Shown here piece after piece: positions 36,959-45,458 of a stretch of 64,000 nucleotides of DNA. The notes beneath the pieces were generated by a model. The model had not been told where the DNA came from and did no database searches. It was given only the letters and a program-made list of their open reading frames with translations. The stretch lies in sequence record OK905446.1. One strand, written 5' to 3'. Made by a program: the position numbers and the translations under genes. Positions within the stretch are counted from its first letter, which is position 1. Each line of letters begins with the position of its first letter.

Positions 36959-37270
36959 CTATCGAGGGATTGGCGTGCGAAGAAGTTCAGCTTCTTGCAA
37001 TGCAGCGCGATAAGCATCAGGGAACGACTTCTCTACCACGCTTGGCTCGATGATAGTCGAAGAACCACCACTCGGTAACTTGGCGTTTTTGCTAACGTAG
37101 TTGCTACGTGAACTCAACTCAATGTACTTGCGCTTACCATCGTCTAAATCAACGACAAGCAATACATTCATTGTATACGAACGACCTGCGTTCTTAGCTC
37201 GAAGAACAAAGTCACCGTCTTTAATCTCACGACCAAAGAAATCGTGTTGTTTAATCATTGTATGCCTCAC
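36959..37270 (-). CDS. hypothetical protein (start probably MIKQHD)
   Basis: ORF track. Confidence 0.65.
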   Translation of the reverse strand: MRHTMIKQHDFFGREIKDGDFVLRAKNAGRSYTMNVLLVVDLDDGKRKYIELSSRSNYVSKNAKLPSGGSSTIIEPSVVEKSFPDAYRAALQEAELLRTPIPR

Positions 37271-37520
37271 TTAACGTTGCATTACCGAAGTACCAACTAC
37301 CTGCAAAGCAGATAGTCTTACAGTTTTCTTTGGTGAAATCTTGCCAGAAGTCAACTTGCCAACCGTTTGTTTCAAGATCTTGAGCTTCATACCCAAGTTC
37401 TTGCATGTAGTTCACAACATCACATGGCGTAAACTCTTGCACGCTGTACGAACTCGTTGACCCAGCTTCGATTTTATCAACAGCATCATTGATCACTGTT
37501 TGGATTCGTGTCTCGCTCAT
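37251..37520 (-). CDS. hypothetical protein
   Basis: ORF track. Confidence 0.7.
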   Translation of the reverse strand: MSETRIQTVINDAVDKIEAGSTSSYSVQEFTPCDVVNYMQELGYEAQDLETNGWQVDFWQDFTKENCKTICFAGSWYFGNATLSEAYND

Positions 37521-37924
37521 CGGTGATTAACATCCCCATTGTGATTACTAACATTGCCATGCACGACGCCACAGCGAATATCGCCGTTGTGCGACTTAAC
37601 ATTACCACCCACGTAACCATCAATTTCGATGTCGCCGTTAGTTGTTTCAGCATCACCAGCAACTGATCCGTTGACTTTAATATCGCCATTCGTGTTCTGA
37701 ACAAGCGTACAATCGCCTTCAACGTATACATTGATGATATGTTCGTTCACTTCGCCTTGAGGTCGACCATCGACAACGACTTGACTATTGTTGATTGTCA
37801 CGCTCTTGCCGTGATACACTTGACCATTTACTTTAACAGTACCTGAGTTTGAACTCATATTAACCGTGAAATCTCGCATAAGTTTCCTTAATAATTTTCT
37901 CATAAACGTTTCGCTACGTGCCAC
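37517..37924 (-). CDS. beta-solenoid repeat protein (DUF4097/bactofilin-like; start may be MSSNSG)
   Basis: Repeated NGDI.V.G.V.G units. Confidence 0.65.
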   Translation of the reverse strand: MARSETFMRKLLRKLMRDFTVNMSSNSGTVKVNGQVYHGKSVTINNSQVVVDGRPQGEVNEHIINVYVEGDCTLVQNTNGDIKVNGSVAGDAETTNGDIEIDGYVGGNVKSHNGDIRCGVVHGNVSNHNGDVNHR

Positions 37925-38109
37925 ATGTACACATCGCCTAGAGTGGAGTCAGTTGAAACCAAGTAAGTCTCTAGCAATAGTTCGCATGGGCGACGTAGCA
38001 CTTGAATGCCAAAAATCGAATAGTGAACTTCACCGGTGACGATTTTCATGCGTTGTGGGTGCTCGAATGTGTCTAATAGACCGTCGTAAGTTTCAACTGT
38101 AGTAATCAT
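37900..38109 (-). CDS. hypothetical protein
   Basis: ORF track. Confidence 0.55.
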   Translation of the reverse strand: MITTVETYDGLLDTFEHPQRMKIVTGEVHYSIFGIQVLRRPCELLLETYLVSTDSTLGDVYMWHVAKRL

Positions 38110-38678
38110 ATTACCATTAACTCCGCTTTACCTGTGTAACCTTTTTGAAATACAAAGTGCGCGTACTCAATAGAGTCTGTGCCTTTTGTACCGTGAAATG
38201 ATGGTCTACGATGATGAACCATCACTGCTCTCAGGGGCATGATGTCCCAGAAAGGCTTTCGTTTGATACTACCTAGCCAGTTTAGACGCTGTAGCATGAC
38301 TACATAACCATTGTCTTGTACTTCTGAAATTGCTTTCTCAGCAAAACCAACTGACAAGCTAAATGGCGGATTAGTCATGATCATGTCGTAGTAGTCTTTC
38401 TGAACAGTCGTTTCAAGATAGTTTGCAATGATGTGAGCATGACTATCTTCACGAATGTCCATTGTGTCTATATCAACATGATACAAGTTCTTGTATGCTA
38501 CTGGATAAGCTGCTTTATGCTCTGAACACCCACCACATGATGGATCGAGCACGTACATTGCTGCCATGCTCTTATCAGGTTGAATACGCGCTTCAAACGC
38601 TTGAAGAAACTCTTCAACTATCCAGTCTGGCGTAGCGTAGTAATCGTCTTTATTGACATTACCTTTTGTGCTACTCAT
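38106..38678 (-). CDS. DNA N6-adenine methyltransferase (phage type)
   Basis: DYYATP, VLDPSCG (motif I), MTNPPF (motif IV). Confidence 0.8.
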   Translation of the reverse strand: MSSTKGNVNKDDYYATPDWIVEEFLQAFEARIQPDKSMAAMYVLDPSCGGCSEHKAAYPVAYKNLYHVDIDTMDIREDSHAHIIANYLETTVQKDYYDMIMTNPPFSLSVGFAEKAISEVQDNGYVVMLQRLNWLGSIKRKPFWDIMPLRAVMVHHRRPSFHGTKGTDSIEYAHFVFQKGYTGKAELMVI

Positions 38679-39215
38679 TTAACCATTTACTGTTAAGTAT
38701 TTGTCTCGCGACATTTCATAGATGTTACCATCTACTTCAAGGTCGATGAATACATCACCCCAGTTAATGTTGCTGCTCAAGATAGTTGGCATATCATCAA
38801 CGCTGATACCCATTAGCTCAGTGACTACATGCTGTGCATAGTCTTCAGACGTACCTTCGAATACCCAACAATCTTGAATCTTCTCGGCTGCATCTTCGTA
38901 CGACATGCAAATGTTCTGATCATAGATGAATTCGCAAAGCTCACGCTCTGATTCATCAAGGTCAAACCAAGCAAGTAGACCATCGAAGTCTAGTTCTTCG
39001 TCTTGTAAATCATTTGGGATGTTGTGCCATTCAAATGCTACATAAGCTGTACCCTCATGGTTGTCCAAAAAGTCTTTGAACTCATATGGGCAAACAGTGT
39101 AGTAATTACTCATACCAGCACATGAAACGGTGACAGCAACTTCATCGTCAGATACATGGTCGATAGCTAATGCTTTTAGCTCTTCTTCACGTTCACTCAA
39201 GTTCATAGTCTTCAC
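38679..39215 (-). CDS. ardA: ArdA-like antirestriction protein
   Basis: Very acidic; G..EDYAQ..V......P..L...INW..V..DL...G C-terminal pattern. Confidence 0.7.
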   Translation of the reverse strand: MKTMNLSEREEELKALAIDHVSDDEVAVTVSCAGMSNYYTVCPYEFKDFLDNHEGTAYVAFEWHNIPNDLQDEELDFDGLLAWFDLDESERELCEFIYDQNICMSYEDAAEKIQDCWVFEGTSEDYAQHVVTELMGISVDDMPTILSSNINWGDVFIDLEVDGNIYEMSRDKYLTVNG

Positions 39216-39240
39216 TCACATAAATTGCTTCAAGGACTGT

Positions 39241-39298
39241 ATATTATGATCAAAAAAGGGGACTGTCAACAACTTTTTCAAGTTATTTTCAGTCCCCT
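39241..39298 (-). promoter_or_regulatory. early promoter with long-loop inverted repeat
   Basis: TTGACA 39264-39269, 17 nt, TAATAT; GGGGACTG...CAGTCCCC. Confidence 0.6.
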
Positions 39299-39344
39299 AA
39301 TACTACTAATACCTCTAACTTCACTAAAACTACTAATACTACTA
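39297..39344 (-). repeat. in-phase TAG/TAT triplet tract
   Basis: TAG TAG TAT TAG TAG TTT TAG TGA AGT TAG AGG TAT TAG TAG TAT TAG. Confidence 0.7.
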
Positions 39345-39381
39345 AGATGATGCGGAATTTTTCCGCCTTATCCGTTTCTGA

Positions 39382-39690
39382 TTAGACCTTGAAGTGACGT
39401 TTCACGAAGTTTTTCAAGCGTGGTCCACTGGCTTTATCTTCATGCGGGAAGTAATCAACCTCTTTCCCGCCTTTGGTGATTAATACACCTGCTTCTTCTG
39501 AAGAAACACCACCAGTTGCGATAGCTACGTTACGTGCGTTGGCAATTCTTGTCAATTCGTCACGCATCACATCGTCTGAATGAAGCTCAACCTCTTTACC
39601 ATCTACATTTACCAGACCGAATACTTCATATCCAGCAGGTAGTTCATACACGTTTTGCGCTTCTGCTAAAAAATGTTTGAATGATTGCAT
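39382..39690 (-). CDS. putative internal head protein with capsid-targeting sequence
   Basis: MQSFKHFLAEA N-terminus. Confidence 0.6.
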   Translation of the reverse strand: MQSFKHFLAEAQNVYELPAGYEVFGLVNVDGKEVELHSDDVMRDELTRIANARNVAIATGGVSSEEAGVLITKGGKEVDYFPHEDKASGPRLKNFVKRHFKV

Positions 39691-39707
39691 TGTTAATTCC
39701 TTGTGTC

Positions 39708-40247
39708 TTATCGGTTCTTTTTAACTAGATTCCAAAATCTGTAACCTAGCTTCTTGATTTGTTTTAACTGCTCTTCGATTGTCATCTTTCGACCATGAAG
39801 TCTCTTTGGCATTCTAACTTCTCTGGCATTTAGATAACCATCAACTTCGATGATACCTGCCCATTCTGGGACTTCAGCATGGTCTACAAGCCCTTTAGGG
39901 AATGCATACCAGAAGTAGTTCGACATTTTACCATCTTGCAATGCTGTGCGTTTTGGAACGTCTTCATAACGATGCCAACGAAGATTTGGTGTACTTTCAT
40001 CAATTACTTTGACAGACTTCTGTTCGTCGATTCGAAAGTCTGACTTGGACACCTTGATTTCGATTTCATCATAAAGCCCACTTGGTCGAATAGCAAGTAA
40101 ATCTGCTTCATTATCCCATTTGGTGTAACAGTTTGGTACAATCGCTGTGTATCGCTTGTTAATCCATACGCTTTGTACTGCTATTGCGTACTGCATATCT
40201 GCTTCTGTGATGTCTTTGGTGTCTTTTTCTTTTTTAATCAGTGCCAT
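39708..40247 (-). CDS. PD-(D/E)xK nuclease-like protein (MmcB-like)
   Basis: EADLLAI......EIEIKVSKSDF. Confidence 0.65.
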   Translation of the reverse strand: MALIKKEKDTKDITEADMQYAIAVQSVWINKRYTAIVPNCYTKWDNEADLLAIRPSGLYDEIEIKVSKSDFRIDEQKSVKVIDESTPNLRWHRYEDVPKRTALQDGKMSNYFWYAFPKGLVDHAEVPEWAGIIEVDGYLNAREVRMPKRLHGRKMTIEEQLKQIKKLGYRFWNLVKKNR

Positions 40248-40261
40248 TTTATTTCACCCAT

Positions 40262-40289
40262 AAAAAAGCCCCAATTAAGGGGCTTTGTT
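40262..40289 (-). terminator. terminator, 28-bp duplicate of 12066-12093
   Basis: Identical sequence. Confidence 0.8.
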
Positions 40290-40469
40290 GTTTTCATCGT
40301 CTTCGATGCCCGCTCTGATTGTATTTAATAGAGCTAGAAAAACGAGACCTATGAACATTAATGACACTTCGATAGACTCAGAGATCAATAGCGACGCTAA
40401 GAATAAGCCACCGAAGTAGCTTATTGCACCGATCCCACAGAAAACAAAGAACCACGCACGCTTTTTCAA
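40275..40469 (-). CDS. small membrane protein
   Basis: Two hydrophobic segments. Confidence 0.65.
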   Translation of the reverse strand: MKKRAWFFVFCGIGAISYFGGLFLASLLISESIEVSLMFIGLVFLALLNTIRAGIEDDENNKAP

Positions 40470-40471
40470 TA

Positions 40472-41458
40472 TTAGAAATTCCCGTCGAGAATATCCATCC
40501 AGTTCTTGCGTAAAATTTCATTGGCGATATTCGTTAGTGAACGCCTGATCACGTCCCAATCATCACGAGAAATTGCCGTTTCGTTGAGTTCGTCACGCTC
40601 AAACTCATCTTTGGCATCTTTGATGAACAAACCGCTGACCATCCCGAACTGTTTTTGTGTCACAGTTTCAAGCTTACTTAGTACGTTGCGTAAACGGTTT
40701 TCTGTCAAGTAGCAGCTAAATTCAGCGTGTAGCTTCTCTTGCTCTTCAGTCAACACGACGGCTGAACGCGGAGTTTTACCAGCTTTGTTCTTCTTCTCTT
40801 TGAACTTTTCGTTCTTGACCTTCAGAATCGCACGAGAACCGTTGTGTAAGCGTTTCTCAGCGGTCAATTGCTTAACAACGAACCCTTCTGCTACGTTATC
40901 GCCTTCGTGCTCTACGGGCGTGTGAAAGCTCTTAAACAACGGGTCGATTTTTAGCAACTCTACAAGAGTGCCACGTGCCATTTCATGAGTCGTCTTGATC
41001 TCAGCGAAGCGACATGCGTCTAGCACGTCATCCCAATCAAGAAATACTTCACGCTCTGGTACGTAGATGTCATATGCCCAGAAGTCTTTGTCACCGTAGT
41101 TGACTTCCTTCTGAACGCCTTTACCTGCTAGTTCACCGTAAACGATAACAGTTTCACCGTCACCGACGATGCCACGCGCCCACAAGTAGTTCGCGACTGC
41201 TTCTACTTTCGGCTTGTGAGCTTCTACAACGCTCGTACAGCCGTAGAAGTCGTAATCGCCCGTAGCATTAGCGCCGATAGCAGAAGTACGTTTAGCGGGC
41301 GTTACAGTGTACTCTCCGTTGAATTCAACGATGAAACTAAAGTTTGCGCCGTGTAGTTTTTCAAGTGCTACCCAATCACGTACGCCTAGCATGTCACATT
41401 TGTCTACGAATGCTTGACGGTAGCTGTTTTCTAATGATGTGTATTTCACAAAGCTCAT
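40472..41458 (-). CDS. rnlB: RNA ligase 2
   Basis: ALEKLHGANFSF (motif I), YGELAG, EGFVVK, ILKVKNEKFKE. Confidence 0.92.
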   Translation of the reverse strand: MSFVKYTSLENSYRQAFVDKCDMLGVRDWVALEKLHGANFSFIVEFNGEYTVTPAKRTSAIGANATGDYDFYGCTSVVEAHKPKVEAVANYLWARGIVGDGETVIVYGELAGKGVQKEVNYGDKDFWAYDIYVPEREVFLDWDDVLDACRFAEIKTTHEMARGTLVELLKIDPLFKSFHTPVEHEGDNVAEGFVVKQLTAEKRLHNGSRAILKVKNEKFKEKKNKAGKTPRSAVVLTEEQEKLHAEFSCYLTENRLRNVLSKLETVTQKQFGMVSGLFIKDAKDEFERDELNETAISRDDWDVIRRSLTNIANEILRKNWMDILDGNF

Positions 41459-41460
41459 GT

Positions 41461-41754
41461 TTAAATTCCCATGTAACGTTCTTGGTGTGCGAGTTCTTCA
41501 AGAATCTCGATTTGTTTTTCAATGTCTGAATCAGTGTATGCCACACGACCTCCATTATCTGACATGATAACGAGTGTTGATTCGGGGTTCACATCGAATT
41601 TCCATTCGGATGTTTTGTATCGTTCACTTCCGCTTTCAAAGTAACGAACTTCGACTGAACTAAAATCGCATAACGCGAGTGTTTCAAGTCTTTGTCTTAT
41701 TAGTCTTGCGTTCATGATTATTTCCTTATTAGAAATTGCCTTCTCATTGTACAT
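41461..41754 (-). CDS. hypothetical protein (start probably MNARLI)
   Basis: ORF track. Confidence 0.65.
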   Translation of the reverse strand: MYNEKAISNKEIIMNARLIRQRLETLALCDFSSVEVRYFESGSERYKTSEWKFDVNPESTLVIMSDNGGRVAYTDSDIEKQIEILEELAHQERYMGI

Positions 41755-41761
41755 ATAAACA
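41754..41761 (+). promoter_or_regulatory. probable late promoter
   Basis: TATAAACA (one mismatch) upstream of plus-strand gp49. Confidence 0.5.
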
Positions 41762-41792
41762 ATAGCACAGTCAATAACTTTTTGAGAAAAAG

Positions 41793-42302
41793 ATGAGCAA
41801 GCAATTAAAACAATCTGACCTTACCGAATGTCGTAACGAATTAATCATGAGCCAACTTGACCGTTGCGTGCTATGCGGAACGAAGTTGAGCGACGAGAAG
41901 AGCACACCACATACTGACCATGACCACAATACTGGTCACATTCGCGGTGTTCTTTGTCGGGCTTGCAATACATATGAGGGCGTTGTGATTCACAAGTTCA
42001 CACGTTCTGGTCTGAAAGGTCGCGGCATTGATTACATTCAATGGCTACGCAATCTAGTAGATTACCTAGAAGCTGATTACTCAGACAACGACTATCACCC
42101 ACAGCATCCCAAAGACCAAACCAAGATCTTCAGTCGTTTGAAGCTGCAAGAGCAAAAGGAACATTTGGACAGTCTAGGTATTAAGTACTCAGATAACGCT
42201 AAGAAGAGTGATTTGGAAAAGCTTTATAGGAAGAGTTTCTTACATAATCCACGTTGTGACTTTGACAACAACAAATATGGTTATGCGGAAGATGATGAAT
42301 AG
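41793..42302 (+). CDS. 49: recombination endonuclease VII (Holliday junction resolvase)
   Basis: CVLC...DHDH...IRGVLCRACN.YEG...KFTRSGLKGRGIDY..WL.NL..YL..DY aligns along T4 gp49. Confidence 0.9.
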   Translation: MSKQLKQSDLTECRNELIMSQLDRCVLCGTKLSDEKSTPHTDHDHNTGHIRGVLCRACNTYEGVVIHKFTRSGLKGRGIDYIQWLRNLVDYLEADYSDNDYHPQHPKDQTKIFSRLKLQEQKEHLDSLGIKYSDNAKKSDLEKLYRKSFLHNPRCDFDNNKYGYAEDDE

Positions 42303-42303
42303 C

Positions 42304-42330
42304 AAAAAGGGAGCTAATTAGCTCCCTTTT
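42304..42330. terminator. bidirectional terminator between convergent genes
   Basis: AAAAAGGGAGCT-AATT-AGCTCCCTTTT. Confidence 0.85.
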
Positions 42331-42359
42331 GTGTAACTATACTTTCACTTTTCGCTGAA

Positions 42360-42749
42360 TTATACAACGATAGTTTCAGTACCAATTGTGATGATGGTTT
42401 GCGTCTTGACTTCAATCGTGTTGTTCATGTCTTCGTTCAACGCGATCATTTCTTCAATGTCTTCGTTTTCGAATTCATCACTGTCAAACATTGCTTCAGT
42501 GATACCCCAACACTCGCCTTGTGAATCACTCCATGCAAGAGCCATATCACGCTGATCTGAGTAGATGCCGACTTCAGCTTCAGTCTCAGAGTGCTTACCG
42601 TCTAAGTCAGAGAATGAAAAGTCAAATGCGTAAATCACGTCTTCGTACTTCTCTGCAAACTCTTTGGTAACCCAGCACGTATGTGCAGCAGTCGCGTTGC
42701 TGTAATATCCAGTCGCAGATAATACAATCATTCGTAAATCATCATTCAT
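42360..42749 (-). CDS. acidic hypothetical protein
   Basis: ORF track. Confidence 0.7.
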   Translation of the reverse strand: MNDDLRMIVLSATGYYSNATAAHTCWVTKEFAEKYEDVIYAFDFSFSDLDGKHSETEAEVGIYSDQRDMALAWSDSQGECWGITEAMFDSDEFENEDIEEMIALNEDMNNTIEVKTQTIITIGTETIVV

Positions 42750-42960
42750 GAGACCAAACCCCTTCTCTAATTTTGGTTAGATTCTCAGGCAAAAATTCAT
42801 ATTCGCCTTCGTAAATTGAGAACGTGTTGTTCTCAAGAACATCATCAATTGTCGCAGACCAGGGTCCGTTGTCGATGATACGATCACTTTCAACGCTTAC
42901 GCGATCACCCTTCGCGGGTGATGCGTTAGTCATTTCATTGAATTGCTTAAACGTCTGCAT
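42742..42960 (-). CDS. putative internal head protein with capsid-targeting sequence
   Basis: MQTFKQFNEM N-terminus. Confidence 0.55.
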   Translation of the reverse strand: MQTFKQFNEMTNASPAKGDRVSVESDRIIDNGPWSATIDDVLENNTFSIYEGEYEFLPENLTKIREGVWSHE

Positions 42961-43294
42961 CCTCTACCTCACGATAGACAGCAGCTACGTTTTTGTAGTG
43001 CGTGTGAACCCAAAGAGCACGTTCTTGTGCGTCTTGCTTCATTAAACCTGCGATAATGCGCGGATCAGGTACGTTCTTCATACTGCCTTGAGGCAATAGA
43101 ACTTTATCACCGACTCTGATTACGTCTTGGTCAACGTCTTCGCCGACTGAAATCACAACACCGTGAAGAGGAACTTCACCTTGAGTCGCACGACCGATAA
43201 CGATGCCGCCCGCTGAAGTGATTTCTTCGCCTTCTTTGATTGCTTTTGTGTCAATGATGATTTGTTCGCCTAAAGCAAATGCTTTCAGTGTCAT
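42947..43294 (-). CDS. 31: GroES-like co-chaperonin for capsid protein folding
   Basis: GEEITSAGGIVIG..TQGEVP...V.SVG.DV matches T4 gp31. Confidence 0.92.
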   Translation of the reverse strand: MTLKAFALGEQIIIDTKAIKEGEEITSAGGIVIGRATQGEVPLHGVVISVGEDVDQDVIRVGDKVLLPQGSMKNVPDPRIIAGLMKQDAQERALWVHTHYKNVAAVYREVEDADV

Positions 43295-43498
43295 TTTTCT
43301 CGCCTTTTATATTTGTTTCGTGTTTCTTCAAATGCTGAAACTCGCTCATCTGTAGCTTTCTTACGCTCTTCAAATTCACGACATTTCTTACGCATATTAC
43401 CGTGTTCAACGTCGTATTCACGACTTTCGGGACCGCGTTGATCCCAACCAATCCAGAAGTTGTTTACGTCGTCTAGTAGTTCTTTGTCTGTAGCCATT
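43291..43498 (-). CDS. hypothetical protein
   Basis: Start adjusted to MATDKE. Confidence 0.6.
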
Positions 43499-43601
43499 AT
43501 ATAGATCTCACGAAAGTTGATAGATGATGAGTTAGGGCCCATCACTCCTATTTGTTGATCGCTGTTTTATCAGCGCACTGCGACATGTCTCTCAGTGCGG
43601 A

Positions 43602-43802
43602 CTATGCTAGTTCAAACCCGCGGAAGTCGTCGTATGTTCTTGTGTATACGTCGCCTATTTCGTTCGTGTAAGTGACAGCATTGTACCATTTACCGTCGAA
43701 CTTGAGTTTGCCTTTACTCATTACTGTATACACATTGCCCGTCTTCTTGTGAACAATCCACTGTCCGACGCGCAATAGTTCAGCAAAAGGATCGTTATAC
43801 AA
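43602..43802 (-). CDS. DUF1653-like SH3 protein
   Basis: HKKTGNVY.V...AVTY...YTR..DDF. Confidence 0.65.
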   Translation of the reverse strand: MYNDPFAELLRVGQWIVHKKTGNVYTVMSKGKLKFDGKWYNAVTYTNEIGDVYTRTYDDFRGFELA

Positions 43803-44070
43803 ACGATTTCACTTCGCGTAGATTCGCTCGTTTGAATGAACGCCAGCCGTTAGCTTCTAAGTCGAAATAACCACAAGTAGCTTTCTGCTTTTCAGTCTTT
43901 TCTTTTGGTGCTTCGCCTTCAGCTAAAGGCTTGTCTTTCGGGTGAAACTCAGCAGGGATGAAGTCGAGATTACGAGTACCAGTTACGGTCTTTACCGACC
44001 CGTCTGCTTTTTCAAATTCAAATGTGACTTTGCCGTTTTTCAGCAAGTCGTCAATATTCACTTCAATCAT
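43795..44070 (-). CDS. WYL/DUF2693-like SH3 beta-barrel protein
   Basis: F.FEKADGS.....GTRN...YFDLEANGWRSF. Confidence 0.75.
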   Translation of the reverse strand: MIEVNIDDLLKNGKVTFEFEKADGSVKTVTGTRNLDFIPAEFHPKDKPLAEGEAPKEKTEKQKATCGYFDLEANGWRSFKRANLREVKSFV

Positions 44071-44079
44071 GATGTTACC

Positions 44080-44688
44080 TTACATAAAGAAATATGGATT
44101 TTCGCGAGTCTTGAACTCGCTTACTAGAGACATTCTAAACGTCTTCAAGTCGATGTTAAACAATTTATTTGGCTCAACATGATCAGGCGTTAGAATAGTT
44201 CTTGTGCTACTGAATGCTGTACCGTCTTCGTTCATGAATAACGGGCTGATTTCATTGCGAAACACGCGCAAACTGCCGTTAATGAAGTGAAAACACGCAA
44301 ACGTACCATCAAGTTCACTCAGTTTGTTGTAGCAAATAGCTTCAGCAATGTGTGCAGTATCCCACGTTTGAGTCTGCTTTTTCATGTAATGATCTTTGAG
44401 GATGCCATTATGCCACACGTGTGAATCGTGTAACTGACCGTTCTCTTCGATTGTTACAATCGCTGGGTGTGCTTGCGCACTAGTACCAGTTGGTGCTTGA
44501 ACGTGACAGATATAGAAATCTGCACTATCTGGCACATTAGTTGGGTCGAATGCACCCGTGAACTTATGAATAGCCACACGACCGTTCTTAAACGTACTCA
44601 CAGAGTGAGTACGAGAACCACGATGGATATTGCTTTTTGACAATTCAATAAGCTCTTGCTTGCTTCTAGCAGCAAATAATCCACACAT
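44080..44688 (-). CDS. class II (Ntn) glutamine amidotransferase, coupled to queC
   Basis: N-terminal MCG, HRG, HVQAPT, WHNGIL; TAATG overlap with queC. Confidence 0.8.
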   Translation of the reverse strand: MCGLFAARSKQELIELSKSNIHRGSRTHSVSTFKNGRVAIHKFTGAFDPTNVPDSADFYICHVQAPTGTSAQAHPAIVTIEENGQLHDSHVWHNGILKDHYMKKQTQTWDTAHIAEAICYNKLSELDGTFACFHFINGSLRVFRNEISPLFMNEDGTAFSSTRTILTPDHVEPNKLFNIDLKTFRMSLVSEFKTRENPYFFM

Positions 44689-45404
44689 TAATGACCTGCC
44701 TTAGCAAACACTTGATCCCATGGGATGTCTTTCGAGTACGGTGCAGGGTCTTTGATACCCGCTTTACCGAAGTTCATGATGCGTTCAGCACATGACGGAC
44801 ATACACCGCAACTTTCACCTGCTTCGTTCGGGTCATAGCAAGTTAAGCTATCTTCGAACGGTACGCCAAGCTCTATGCCGATAGCGATTTCTTCAGCTTT
44901 TGACATCTGAGCAAACGGTGCACATAGTGAAATTTCATGTTGACGATTCAGTGATGAGATTTGATTCATACCATCAAGAAAGTCTTGTGTACAATCCCAA
45001 TAGCCATATGCGTCATGCACTTGAATGCCAGTAAACACCGCAGCACAGCCATTCGCTTGCGCAAACGAGAACGCGATTGTATTCAATAGCATGTTACGAT
45101 ATGGGACTTCAGTTGGCGGCTGAGGGTCACCTAGAACGTCTTGAATGGTCGGCATTGCAACATCAGTGCCTTTGATATTCGCACAAACAGGAGCAACAAC
45201 TTCACCTAAGAATGAAATGTCGATTAGACGATGCTCGATACCGAGCTTTTGACAAGTCAACTTCGCTTTTTCTAGCTCAATCGACTGCTTTTGACCGTAG
45301 TAGAACGATAATGCAAACACATTGTCTTTGCCAAATTGATCTACTAGTGAATATGTAAGAATGGTAGAGTCAAGACCACCACTTAGAACAGATACTACTT
45401 TCAT
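44688..45404 (-). CDS. queC: 7-cyano-7-deazaguanine synthase
   Basis: VLSGGLDST, VPYRNMLL, TCY...CGVCPSCAER. Confidence 0.95.
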   Translation of the reverse strand: MKVVSVLSGGLDSTILTYSLVDQFGKDNVFALSFYYGQKQSIELEKAKLTCQKLGIEHRLIDISFLGEVVAPVCANIKGTDVAMPTIQDVLGDPQPPTEVPYRNMLLNTIAFSFAQANGCAAVFTGIQVHDAYGYWDCTQDFLDGMNQISSLNRQHEISLCAPFAQMSKAEEIAIGIELGVPFEDSLTCYDPNEAGESCGVCPSCAERIMNFGKAGIKDPAPYSKDIPWDQVFAKAGH

Positions 45405-45458
45405 TTTAACCTCTCAAGTATATGAGTGCTCACTATTGAACACTCATTATAGCTCTTA

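Noticed and set aside
43500-43600. Overlapping hairpins upstream of 43291-43498 suggesting a riboswitch
   Set aside because: Short stems compatible with an ordinary terminator or processing site; no recognised aptamer motif.
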